This document shows positions 8,866 to 17,990 of a stretch of DNA of 55,708 nucleotides, piece by piece; positions within the stretch are counted from its first letter, which is position 1; each line of letters opens with the position of its first letter. This DNA is from Polyangiaceae bacterium. GTDB lineage: Bacteria; Myxococcota_A; Polyangia; Polyangiales; Polyangiaceae. Below the pieces are notes generated by a model that saw nothing but the letters and a program-made list of their open reading frames with translations, searched no databases and was not told the origin of the DNA. The position numbers were made by a program, and so were the translations under genes. The stretch is from NCBI GenBank assembly GCA_035063585.1, contig JAPSGB010000030.1, positions 1 through 55,708 on the forward strand, in the 5' to 3' direction.

Positions 8866-10182
8866 ATGCCCATCAGGAACGATCCCCCCATCCCCCGCCC
8901 GGGAGGGCGCCCGAGCCCGGCCCGCAGACCGCCGAGCGGCGGGTTGCCTGCGGTGCGACGTGGTCGGCTGACGGGCAAGCGCGTCACGCTGTGCGTGACG
9001 GGAAGCATCGCCGCGTACAAGGCGTCGCTGGTCACTCGGCTGCTCCTGCGCGAAGGCGCGGAGGTGCAGGCCGTCATGACGGCCGCAGCCGAGAACTTCA
9101 TCGGCGCCGCGACCTTCGCCGGGCTGACCGGGAAGCCGGTGCTCCGCGAGATGTTCGACGACAGCCGGGGCGGCGAAGAGCACGTGGCGCTCGCCGCGCG
9201 GAGCGACATCGTGGTGGTAGTCCCGGCGACCGCCGACGCGCTCGCGCGCTTCGCGAGCGGCCGGTCCGACGATCTGGTGACGGCCACCGTGCTCTCTGCG
9301 CGCTGCCCGGTGCTGGTCGCGCCGGCCATGCACCCCGCGATGTGGTCACACCCGGCCACGCTCCGAAACGCCGCGCAGCTCGAGGCCGACGGCCTCATCG
9401 AGTTCATCGGACCGGTCGACGGCGAGGTCGCCTCCGGCGAGGTGGGCATCGGACGCATGGCGGAGCCGCAGGAGATCGTGGACGCGGTCGTGTCGCGGCT
9501 CGGCCGGCGCGATCTGCAGAACCTCCGCGTGGTCGTCACCGCCGGGCCGACGGTCGAGGACATCGATCCGGTGCGCTTCATCGGCAACCGGTCGAGCGGC
9601 AAGATGGGGTTTGCCATCGCCGAGCGCGCCGCGGCGCGCGGCGCCGAGTGCACGCTCATCGCGGGACCCGTCGCGCTCGCGACCCCGTGGCGCGTCAACC
9701 GAGTGGACGTGCGGAGCGCGATCGCGATGCGTGGCGCGCTGTGGCAAGCGCTCGGCCCCGATCTCGGAGCAGCCGACGTGCTGGTCATGTCTGCGGCGGT
9801 GGGCGACTACCGCCCCACCGAGACGCACGCCGCCAAGATCAAGCGTCAGGGTTCGACCGCGCTCAGGCTCGAGCTGGTACAAAACCCGGACATCCTCTCC
9901 GAGATCGGCGCCGCGCGGCACGAGCGCACCCCGCTCTTGATCGGCTTTGCCGTGGAGACGGGCACCGACGAGGACATCGCCGAGTACGCGCGCCAGAAGC
10001 TCGCGCAGAAGCGGGTCGACCTGGTGGTCGCAAACCACGCGGAGGACGCCTTCGGACGCGATCTCAACCGCGCGACCCTGGTGAGCGCGGAGCGCGACGA
10101 GTCGCTCGACGAGCTGCCGAAGCACGAGCTCGCCGATCGCATCCTCGATTGGATCGTCGGGCGCCTGGCGCGGAAGACCTGA
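8866..10182 (+). CDS. coaBC: bifunctional phosphopantothenoylcysteine decarboxylase / phosphopantothenate-cysteine ligase
   Basis: VTGSIAAYK, PATAD, APAMH..MW, GRMAEP, VTAGPT-EDIDPVRFIGNRSSGKMG, AAVGDY, GFAVET. Confidence 0.96.
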   Translation: MPIRNDPPIPRPGGRPSPARRPPSGGLPAVRRGRLTGKRVTLCVTGSIAAYKASLVTRLLLREGAEVQAVMTAAAENFIGAATFAGLTGKPVLREMFDDSRGGEEHVALAARSDIVVVVPATADALARFASGRSDDLVTATVLSARCPVLVAPAMHPAMWSHPATLRNAAQLEADGLIEFIGPVDGEVASGEVGIGRMAEPQEIVDAVVSRLGRRDLQNLRVVVTAGPTVEDIDPVRFIGNRSSGKMGFAIAERAAARGAECTLIAGPVALATPWRVNRVDVRSAIAMRGALWQALGPDLGAADVLVMSAAVGDYRPTETHAAKIKRQGSTALRLELVQNPDILSEIGAARHERTPLLIGFAVETGTDEDIAEYARQKLAQKRVDLVVANHAEDAFGRDLNRATLVSAERDESLDELPKHELADRILDWIVGRLARKT

Positions 10183-10850
10183 TGCGATACGTCTTCTTGG
10201 TCATGGCGACCGCGACGGCGGCCATCGCCTTCGCGATGCGCCCGGTCCACGCCGGCTCGGGGACCATGTGGCTCGGGCTCGCGGTGCCCTACGCCGCGCT
10301 CGGCGCCATCGCCGTCCGCAAGCTGTGGCAGGACGGTACCTTGCTCGAGCGGCTGACACCCAAATGGGGCGATCTCTCGGTGGGAGCCGTCAGCGCGATG
10401 CTGCTCCTGCTCGGCTCATGGCTGGCGCGCGGCGTGCTCGCCCCGGCCGGCACGGCGGAGAACGCCTGGCTCTCGCACGTCTATATCCAGGTCGGCTCGG
10501 CCGAGCTCCTCCAGCGCTCGGCGCTCGAGACGAGCGCGCTGCTCGTGATCCCGATATTCGAAGAGCTCGCATTTCGCGGGCTCCTGCAGGGTGAGCTCAC
10601 CGAGCGGCTCGGAGCGCGGCGCGCGGCGCCGCTCAGCGCGCTATTTTACGCGGCCGCGAGCCTGCCGACCGTGTTCACGCTCGCCGACCCCGACGCCGGC
10701 CCGAACCCGCTGCTCGTCATCGCGGCGCTCGGCTGCGGGCTAGTGTGGGGCTACACGACCTCGATGGTGAAGCGGCTGCCGCCCGCCATGTTCTCGCACA
10801 TGGCGTTCGTGTACTTCTCGGCGGTGCAGTTCCGCTGGCCGGGGATGTAA
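10182..10850 (+). CDS. CPBP (Abi/CAAX-protease-like) intramembrane protein
   Basis: Several TM segments; EELAFRG motif and C-terminal SH; ATG overlaps coaBC stop; this is the C-terminal part of track ORF 8847..10850. Confidence 0.8.
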   Translation: MRYVFLVMATATAAIAFAMRPVHAGSGTMWLGLAVPYAALGAIAVRKLWQDGTLLERLTPKWGDLSVGAVSAMLLLLGSWLARGVLAPAGTAENAWLSHVYIQVGSAELLQRSALETSALLVIPIFEELAFRGLLQGELTERLGARRAAPLSALFYAAASLPTVFTLADPDAGPNPLLVIAALGCGLVWGYTTSMVKRLPPAMFSHMAFVYFSAVQFRWPGM

Positions 10851-10888
10851 CGGCACGCGAGCTTCCGCGCCGCCTCGACCCCAGACCC

Positions 10889-11641
10889 TCACCCGCCGCC
10901 GATCCGCGCCATCTCCTCGTCGGAGACGTCGAAATCCGCGTAGACGTGCTGGGCGTCGTCGTGATCATCGAGGGCATCGAAGAGGTTCAAGCACACCTCC
11001 GCCTCACGCCCGGTGATGCTCTTCTTCGTCTTCGGTATGTAGGCGGCCTTGCTCTCCTGGATGGGGAGCCCGGCGGCCTCGAGCGCGCCGGTGACCGTGT
11101 CGAGCTGCTCCGGGGGCGTGTACACCGCCCAGACGTCCCCCTCGTCCCGGTAGTCCTCGGCGCCGGCCTCGAGCGCCGCTTCGACGAGCTGATCTTCAGT
11201 GACCTTCGTCTTGTCGAGCACGATCACCCCGAGCCGATCGAAGGCCCAGCCGGCGGTGCCGCTCCCGCCCATCGCGCCGTTATACTTCTCGAACACCTTG
11301 CGAAGCTCGGCGGCGGTCCGGTTTCGGTTGTCCGTCGTGCCCTCCACCAGGAAGAGCGTGCCCCCAGGGCCGGTGCCCTCATAGAGCACGTCGTCGTATG
11401 AGGCGCCCTCGATCTCCCCGGTGCCGCGCTGGACGGCGCGCTTGATGGTGTCGGCCGGCATCGCCTGGCCCTTGGCGTCGAGGATCGCCTTACGGAGGCG
11501 TGGGTTGCCGTTCGCGTCGCCGCCGCCCATCTGCGCGGCGGTGACGATCTCGCGGATCAGCTTGGTGAAGACCTTGCCTCGCGCGGCGTCCGTCGCGCCC
11601 TTCTTCCGCTTGATGGTCGCCCATTTGGAGTGGCCGCTCAT
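10889..11641 (-). CDS. yebC: YebC/PmpR family protein
   Basis: MSGHSKWATIKRKKG, NPRLR, YEGTGPGG, TDNRNRT, LDDHDD. Confidence 0.96.
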   Translation of the reverse strand: MSGHSKWATIKRKKGATDAARGKVFTKLIREIVTAAQMGGGDANGNPRLRKAILDAKGQAMPADTIKRAVQRGTGEIEGASYDDVLYEGTGPGGTLFLVEGTTDNRNRTAAELRKVFEKYNGAMGGSGTAGWAFDRLGVIVLDKTKVTEDQLVEAALEAGAEDYRDEGDVWAVYTPPEQLDTVTGALEAAGLPIQESKAAYIPKTKKSITGREAEVCLNLFDALDDHDDAQHVYADFDVSDEEMARIGGG

Positions 11642-11806
11642 GCTGTCTTCCTTCTCGGGGGGCTCGCGAAATAGCACTAGCGCCGGGAGCGCCGCAAGCG
11701 CCACGCGGAGCGCGGACCCATCGCGGCGCCCACGGGCTTCGCCGAGCCTGGAATTCGTGACCGAAGGGCGGCGCGCCGACCGTGCCGAGCGCCGCCTCGG
11801 CCGCGC

Positions 11807-12271
11807 TCACTCCTTGGTCTTGCGGTCGATCTCCCGCAGCGACTCGGCGATGCGGAAGATGACGATGATGAGCTCGCAATAGAGGCGCGAGATGATGACG
11901 TAGAGGATCCCGATCAAGGGAGACACCAGGATCATCGCGATCCCCATCAGGGTGTTCCCGTAGTCGGTGATGAGCTGCCCCACGCCGCTGATGATGAAGG
12001 CGAAGAAGCCGAGCACGCTGAGCAAGAGCATCACCACGTAGATGACCTTGATCAGCTTGGTGGTGATGAACGACGAGAAGGACAGATCGAAGAGCGAGCC
12101 GATGAATCCCTTCTCGGCGGTCATACTGGACGGCTGCATCGCCACGGGCGCCGGGGCGCCGCCGGGCGGACCGTAGACGCCGCCGGGCGAGCCGTAGCCG
12201 CCGCCGGGCGGCTGACCGTAACCTCCGGGCGCGGGAGCACCGGGCGGGGGATTCCAAGGTCCAGGTTGCAT
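11807..12271 (-). CDS. DUF4282-like membrane protein with Pro/Gly-rich N-terminus
   Basis: LFDLSFSSFITTKLIKVIY...RLYCELIIVIFRIAE pattern; two TM helices. Confidence 0.8.
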   Translation of the reverse strand: MQPGPWNPPPGAPAPGGYGQPPGGGYGSPGGVYGPPGGAPAPVAMQPSSMTAEKGFIGSLFDLSFSSFITTKLIKVIYVVMLLLSVLGFFAFIISGVGQLITDYGNTLMGIAMILVSPLIGILYVIISRLYCELIIVIFRIAESLREIDRKTKE

Positions 12272-12508
12272 GGGTCGTCTTCCTCCTTGAAGCGGCAGGG
12301 AGTCGCCACGAGAGCGCCCCCTGGTGCAGAGCTAGCACGCTGGCGCGCGGCTCGATAGGGGCGGCCCGGACCAAGCGACGCGGCGCCTCCCCCGCGACCG
12401 CGGCGCGGCTCGGTATTTCTCGCCGGGAGAAACCTCCGATAGGATGGGGGCCCGGCCCGCGACACGCGCGAGCTCGAGACGCATGACCATCGGGAGCCCC
12501 ACCCTTCG

Positions 12509-13255
12509 ATGAGCACGGCCGAGGCGCTCGCCGCCCTCCTCCGGGGCGCGAAGCAGGTGCTCGTGTTCACCGGCGCGGGGATCTCGACCGGGAGCGGGAT
12601 CCCTGATTTTCGCGGTCCGGCCGGGATCTGGACGCGACGTCAGCCGGTCACTCTGCAAGAGTTCGTGGCCAGCGACGCCGCGCGACGCGAGTACTGGGAG
12701 ATGAAGCTCGAGGCGTGGCCGGCGTTCCGCGACGCGCGACCGTCGGCGACCCACCGCGCGCTCGCCTTGCTCGAGCGGCGCGGCGTCGTCGAGCTGGTCG
12801 TCACGCAGAACGTGGATGGGCTGCATCAGGTGGCCGGGACGTCGCGGGACCGGCTCGTGGAGCTCCACGGGACCAACCGGCGCGTGCGGTGCCTCGACTG
12901 CTCGCGGCGCGAGCCGCCCGAGCGATGCATGAGCGAGTACCGCGCGACCCAGACGCCGCCGCGCTGCACGAGCTGCGGCGGCTTCATGCGGCCCGACGTG
13001 GTGATGTTCGGCGAGCTGCTCGACCCGGCGCTGCTCGAGCGCGCCTTCGCCGCCGCGGCGCGCGCCGATCTGGCGCTCGCGCTGGGCTCGTCGCTGGTCG
13101 TCACACCGGCCGCGCAGGTCCCGCTCCACTCCGCACGGCGCGGTACGCCGTACGTCATCGTGAACCAAGGAGAGACACCCCACGACGCGCTCGCCACGCT
13201 CCGTATCGACGCAGACGTCGGCGAGGTGCTCGCGAGCGCCGTCTCGCTCCTCTGA
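12509..13255 (+). CDS. cobB: Sir2 family NAD-dependent protein deacylase
   Basis: GAGISTGSGIPDFRG, TQNVDGLH, HG, two CxxC, RPDVVMFGE, GSSL. Confidence 0.92.
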   Translation: MSTAEALAALLRGAKQVLVFTGAGISTGSGIPDFRGPAGIWTRRQPVTLQEFVASDAARREYWEMKLEAWPAFRDARPSATHRALALLERRGVVELVVTQNVDGLHQVAGTSRDRLVELHGTNRRVRCLDCSRREPPERCMSEYRATQTPPRCTSCGGFMRPDVVMFGELLDPALLERAFAAAARADLALALGSSLVVTPAAQVPLHSARRGTPYVIVNQGETPHDALATLRIDADVGEVLASAVSLL

Positions 13256-13523
13256 ACTCCGGGCGCCCCGAGCTCGGCGCGGGCCGGCCGGAGACGCGGC
13301 GGCGCGGTGTTCCGCGGAGCACGCCGAGCGCGCCGGCCGCCGAGCGCGTCCGCGCCGCCGGCCGCGCCGGACCGGCAGCCCGCGAGCATCGCCGGAACCC
13401 GGCCGGAGACCGCGGGAAATCGCGCTCGGCCGAGCGCGTTGGGGGACCACGAAGGCCGGCTCACGCGGGGGCGAGCGGCGAGGCCTTGGGAGCGCGCCGG
13501 CTTTTTGCTATCACGAGCCAGCC

Positions 13524-14162
13524 ATGGCCACCGCGAAGCAGCGTCCCCGACCGGCCCGCCGCGCCCCCACCTCGCCCGTCGAGGAGACGCCGGTCATCGG
13601 TGGGCGCTTCCTCGCCGCGGCGCTCATCGTCGGCGCGATGGCCTTCATCCCGTTCGCGCCGCTGCCGAACAGCTGGTTCGAGCGGCCGAGCGAGAAGCCG
13701 ACGAGCACGGCGGCGGACTGGAAGGTGGGTGGCTCGGCCGTGGTGCGGATCTCCGTGGTCACCGGCGACTTCAACACCCTCGCCTGCGTGTCGGACCAGG
13801 AGGTCGACGGCGCTCACTGCGGCTTCCGCGGGGAGACGGAGATTTGGCCGAGCGCACCGGGCGCACCGCTCGACGACAACAAGAAGAACGTCATCCAGCC
13901 GTATTGGACCTTCCCCGACAACCAGATGATCATGGTCGCCGGCCTCTGGGCAGAGCCGCACGTCGCCATGCGGCTGCACCAAGAGCCGCCAGCCGCGGTG
14001 CCCGCGAAGAAGCTCGCACGCTTCGTCGCGCGCTGCACGCTGCGCTTCGTGGGACAGCTCCCGGCCTCGAAGATCCGCTGGGGCCTCGGGCAGCAGTGGA
14101 GCGCCGGCGCGGCGTCGGTGGTGGCGCGCCCCGACTCCTGCGAGATCGAGAAGGGCGAGTAG
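13524..14162 (+). CDS. hypothetical membrane-anchored protein
   Basis: Single TM segment followed by a soluble domain with 4 Cys; good GC3 codon bias. Confidence 0.65.
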   Translation: MATAKQRPRPARRAPTSPVEETPVIGGRFLAAALIVGAMAFIPFAPLPNSWFERPSEKPTSTAADWKVGGSAVVRISVVTGDFNTLACVSDQEVDGAHCGFRGETEIWPSAPGAPLDDNKKNVIQPYWTFPDNQMIMVAGLWAEPHVAMRLHQEPPAAVPAKKLARFVARCTLRFVGQLPASKIRWGLGQQWSAGAASVVARPDSCEIEKGE

Positions 14163-14214
14163 GGCGCGGCGCACGGTCATCGCGAGCGCACTCGCGCGCG
14201 CCCGGCGGAAGCGG

Positions 14215-14655
14215 TCAGCTCGTGAGCTGGCTCGCTACCCAGCGCTCGAACTGAGCGGGCGGCGGCAGGCCGCTCTGCCGGGAGCGCTCCTTCCCGCCAT
14301 CGAAGAGGATGAAGGTCGGGATGCCGCGGATCCCGAGCGCCGACGAGACGTCTGGGTGCTCATCGGTGTTGAGCTTCAGGACCAAGAGGCGCCCGCTGTG
14401 GTCGCGCGCGAGCCGGTCGAGCAGCGGCGCCGCGGTTCGGCACGGACCGCACCAAGGCGCCCAGAAGTCCACCAGCACCGGGACCTCCGAGGCGGCGACG
14501 GTCTTGTGAAAAGCGGCCGCGTCGACCGCTTGCGGCGCGCCGCTGGTGTCGAGCGCCGCCTTGCAACGACCGCAGATGGGCGTGCCGGCTGGTCGAGGCG
14601 TGGGCAGGCGGTTCATCGCCCCGCAGCCGCCACAGCGGAAGATGTCAGACATCAT
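14215..14655 (-). CDS. trxC: thioredoxin 2 (zinc-finger thioredoxin)
   Basis: N-terminal CGGC...CGRC zinc finger; DFWAPWCGPC; GIPT. Confidence 0.9.
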   Translation of the reverse strand: MMSDIFRCGGCGAMNRLPTPRPAGTPICGRCKAALDTSGAPQAVDAAAFHKTVAASEVPVLVDFWAPWCGPCRTAAPLLDRLARDHSGRLLVLKLNTDEHPDVSSALGIRGIPTFILFDGGKERSRQSGLPPPAQFERWVASQLTS

Positions 14656-14758
14656 TCATGCCCGATAGCAAGCTCCGTTCCAATGAATCTCGCCCAGCCA
14701 CGCGGGCGCGGCCGCAGGGGGTGCGCCGGGCGGTACCCATAGCGCAAGTCGTGCGCCG

Positions 14759-16351
14759 TCAGGAGCGCACGCTGCAGGTGAGCACCTCGCTCACGAGCTC
14801 CGACGCGCTCCCGCCTTGCACGTACACGACGAGCAGCCGGCCGCCGTCGAGGCCGGTCAGGTACGACTCGTACGCCGACTCGCCCTCCGGCGTCACATCG
14901 AACGCAGCCCCCACCGACGCGAGCTTCTCGTTTACCGGTACGACTCGCAAGAGCCCCTCGCGCCGCTTGCCGGAGTGATACGCGAGCCAACGCTGGTCAC
15001 CCGAACGCGCGAGCACCGGCTCGGAGGCGTCGCGCTCGCTCCCGGTGAGCGCGAGCGCGGTGTACGCCGCCGCTAGACCGGAGGCGCCCACGCGGAGGTA
15101 ACGCGGCAGGAAATCGTTCGGCGCGCGCTTCAGGGCGGTCACCGCCAAGAGCTCACCGCCGTCCAGAAAGAGCCGCGGTGGGCTCGGATATCCGCCGCCC
15201 CACCGACGCGGACCGCTCTGCCGTCGATGTCGAGCGTCGAGCGTCCAGCCGAGCAGACCACCTTCATGGCGAGCGAAGAGCGCCCAACCACCGCCAGGCC
15301 GCTCGGCGGCGACCGTGGTCTCGAAGGTCTCGAGCTTCTTCGGCTGCGCGGGGAGCGCGACCGAGTACACCGCGACCGGCGCCTCGCCGCCGTGGCCGAG
15401 CACGAGCAAGCGCATGGTCCACTTCATCGCGCCGCCGGCCTCCTCGACCCCGTGGAGCTCGGAGGCCGCCGCCCAAGCGTTCTTGCCTCCCTCGTCCACG
15501 AAGCTGCGACAGTCGCGGATCTCCGTCTTCGGCGGGGGCGGCGCGGACGGGATCGGCGGGGACCCCGGGGACCCGGGCTCCGCCGAGACCGCCGGAGGAG
15601 CTCCGAGCGGCTTCAGCTGGCCCGGAAGCCTCAGGCGCGGCCTCGGCTTGCCCGGGCTCGGCGCGCTGGCGCTCGCGCGCGGCGCGAGGCTCGCGGGCGC
15701 GGGCGGCTCCCCCGCGTGAGGCACGCCGGTCTGCGCCGCAGAAGCGACCGACGCGGCGGGTTGGGCGGCCGGTCCGTCGAGGAGCGGCGCGCCGTCGAAC
15801 TCGAAGAGCTGCGCCTTCGCGTCGGCTTGGCCGCACGAGATGCGCCGTCGCCCGCTGCTCCAGCGATCCCGATAGTCGGCGTAAGCGATGAGCTTGCCGC
15901 CGGCGCCGAGCACCGGCGTCACCCGCTGCAGGTCGCGCCGGCCGTCCTTCCCGCCGAGCGCCGAGCCGAGCGGAAGCGCGGAGTCGACGTGCACGCGTAC
16001 GAGCTCACCCTTGCCGTCGCGCGTGAAGACGAGCATCGCCGGAGCGTCTCCAAACGCCACCCCGAGCGCGATCCGCCCGTCCGCGAGGGTGGTGGAGGTG
16101 ATGCCGGTGCGCTGGTTGGCGTTTTTGCCCCATGAGGTGCGTGACGAGACGGTGCAGACGGGCTCGCGCGGCGCGCTCGCGCCGGCAGACGGGCCCGGGG
16201 ACGGCAGAGCGACCGCATCGGAAGGCGCGGTCGAGTCAGCCGGCGCCCCCGGCTCGGGCGCTACCTCGGAGCGCTTCGAGCATGCCCCGAGCGTCATCGA
16301 GACGCCGAGGCAGAGCACCGTCCCCACGACCCCGAGCTTGGCGCGGCTCAT
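14759..16351 (-). CDS. hypothetical lipoprotein with Pro-rich linkers
   Basis: Lipobox LGAC; long ORF with beta-rich segments. Confidence 0.65.
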   Translation of the reverse strand: MSRAKLGVVGTVLCLGVSMTLGACSKRSEVAPEPGAPADSTAPSDAVALPSPGPSAGASAPREPVCTVSSRTSWGKNANQRTGITSTTLADGRIALGVAFGDAPAMLVFTRDGKGELVRVHVDSALPLGSALGGKDGRRDLQRVTPVLGAGGKLIAYADYRDRWSSGRRRISCGQADAKAQLFEFDGAPLLDGPAAQPAASVASAAQTGVPHAGEPPAPASLAPRASASAPSPGKPRPRLRLPGQLKPLGAPPAVSAEPGSPGSPPIPSAPPPPKTEIRDCRSFVDEGGKNAWAAASELHGVEEAGGAMKWTMRLLVLGHGGEAPVAVYSVALPAQPKKLETFETTVAAERPGGGWALFARHEGGLLGWTLDARHRRQSGPRRWGGGYPSPPRLFLDGGELLAVTALKRAPNDFLPRYLRVGASGLAAAYTALALTGSERDASEPVLARSGDQRWLAYHSGKRREGLLRVVPVNEKLASVGAAFDVTPEGESAYESYLTGLDGGRLLVVYVQGGSASELVSEVLTCSVRS

Positions 16352-16460
16352 ACGGCCCCGAGACTACCCCGCGCGTCTCTCGACGTCCATCTGCGCGGCG
16401 AGAGGGCGAGCCCCGTCGCGCCGGGGCTCGCGCGGCGAGGCCGCCAGGCCCGCCCCTCGC

Positions 16461-17990
16461 TCAGCGAGCGATGTCGCGGCCCACGGCGTGGCGCAGTCGC
16501 GCGCTGGCGACCTTGAGATCGATTTGGGCATCCAGGCGCTTCAACCGAGCGACCAAGAGCTCCGACTCGGCGTCGATCATGTCGGTCGTGGTCGCGCGCC
16601 CCACCCGATAGAGGTCGGTGGCCACCCGGTACGCCTCCTCGGCGGCCTTCACCGCGCGCCCGGTCGCCTCGAGCGCCGCCTCGGCGCGGTCACGATCCAG
16701 ATACATCGCGGTCACCTCTTGCTGGATGCCGTCGCGCGCGGCCTGCCGCTGCGCGTCCACCGAGCGCGCGTTCGCCTCGAGCTCGGCGGCCTGCGCGCGC
16801 TCGATGAACACGTCTCCCACCGTCCAGCTCGCAGCGAGGCCCAGCTGCCAGGTCAGGTTCCACTCCCGTTGCGGCGGGAAATAGCGCTGGTTCGGGTTGC
16901 CGTAGTCCGCGCCGGCGAAGGCGTCGAGTCGCGGCAGAGCCCCCGCGGAGGTCGCGCTCGCGCCGCGCCGGAGCGCCCGCGACGTCTCGGCGAGCGCGCG
17001 GAGCTCCAGGCGGTTGGCGTGCGCCTCGGCGACCAGCGACGGCAGCGTCCCCGTCACCGGGGAGCTCACCGGCGCCATGAGATCTTCGCCTACCCGGTAT
17101 TCGTGCCCGCTCGGATCGCCCATGGTGAGCGCGAGCTGCTGTACGCTGAGGGCCTGGTAGGACTCGGCTTGCTTCACCACCACCTCGGTGCTCGCGACGA
17201 GCGCCTCGAGGCGCAAGAGATCCGCCTTCGAGATGGCGCCGAGCGTGTAGGCGGCCTGCGCGTCCTTCAAGCGCGCGCGCACCTGCTCGAGCGACTTGTG
17301 CGCGACCGCCACCTGCCCGCGGGCGCGGAGCCAGCCGTAGTAGAGCACGCGCGCGTCCGTCTTGACCTTGAGGCGCTCGGCTTGCAGGGCGAGCTCCGCC
17401 GCGTGCTTGCCGGCCGACGACGACGCGGTGGCGTGCGACAGGCGGAGGAGGTAGTCGGAGAGCGGGATCCCGAGCGTCGCGTTGAGATTATAGTTGTCCT
17501 CGAACGTCTTTAGCTCGAAGGCCGCCGCGCCGACCGGCGTGCCTTGCGAGTCGAGCACGCAGGTGGCGCCGCCGGGACCGGGGCACGGCCCCATCCCGAG
17601 CGGGCCGGCGTGCAGCGCGCCGACCAGCGCGCCGCCGAGGTTCGCGGCGACCGGTGAGAGCCGCGTGTAGGTGGCCTTCACGGTGAGCTTCGGCACGAAC
17701 TGGAACGCGGTCGCCTCGACCTTGGCGCGCGCTGCCTCGACCTCCGCCTGCTTGGCTCGGACGGTGGGACTCGCGGCCTCGGTTCGGCGCGCGACCACGT
17801 CGGCGGTGAGCCCGCCCGGGACCGGGGCGAGCGCTGCCTCCGCGGGGTCGTCGCTCCGTGGCGGCTCCCGCTCCTCGAGCGTGGGGCCCGACTGCGGAGC
17901 TGCCGGGGGCGGCGCTGGCTGCGCCCCCGCATGACCTGCGAGGAGCAGACCGGTGAGCAAGTATCCGAGCGTCGAAGCAGAGCATTTCAC
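16461..17990 (-). CDS. TolC family outer membrane efflux protein
   Basis: Signal peptide from GTG 17990 (GTGA overlap with RND stop); two OEP repeats (AYTLGAISKADLL; LYRVGRATTTDMIDAE); last gene of RND operon. Confidence 0.88.
   Translation of the reverse strand: MKCSASTLGYLLTGLLLAGHAGAQPAPPPAAPQSGPTLEEREPPRSDDPAEAALAPVPGGLTADVVARRTEAASPTVRAKQAEVEAARAKVEATAFQFVPKLTVKATYTRLSPVAANLGGALVGALHAGPLGMGPCPGPGGATCVLDSQGTPVGAAAFELKTFEDNYNLNATLGIPLSDYLLRLSHATASSSAGKHAAELALQAERLKVKTDARVLYYGWLRARGQVAVAHKSLEQVRARLKDAQAAYTLGAISKADLLRLEALVASTEVVVKQAESYQALSVQQLALTMGDPSGHEYRVGEDLMAPVSSPVTGTLPSLVAEAHANRLELRALAETSRALRRGASATSAGALPRLDAFAGADYGNPNQRYFPPQREWNLTWQLGLAASWTVGDVFIERAQAAELEANARSVDAQRQAARDGIQQEVTAMYLDRDRAEAALEATGRAVKAAEEAYRVATDLYRVGRATTTDMIDAESELLVARLKRLDAQIDLKVASARLRHAVGRDIAR

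Noticed and set aside
8847..10181. N-terminal 445 codons of the 667-aa track ORF 8847..10850
   Set aside because: Alternative frame of coaBC; the real CPBP gene starts at ATG 10182
12509..13255. Sir2 protein as a possible anti-phage NADase (Thoeris/DSR type)
   Set aside because: Compact canonical zinc-binding CobB-type deacylase with no fused or neighbouring defence domains
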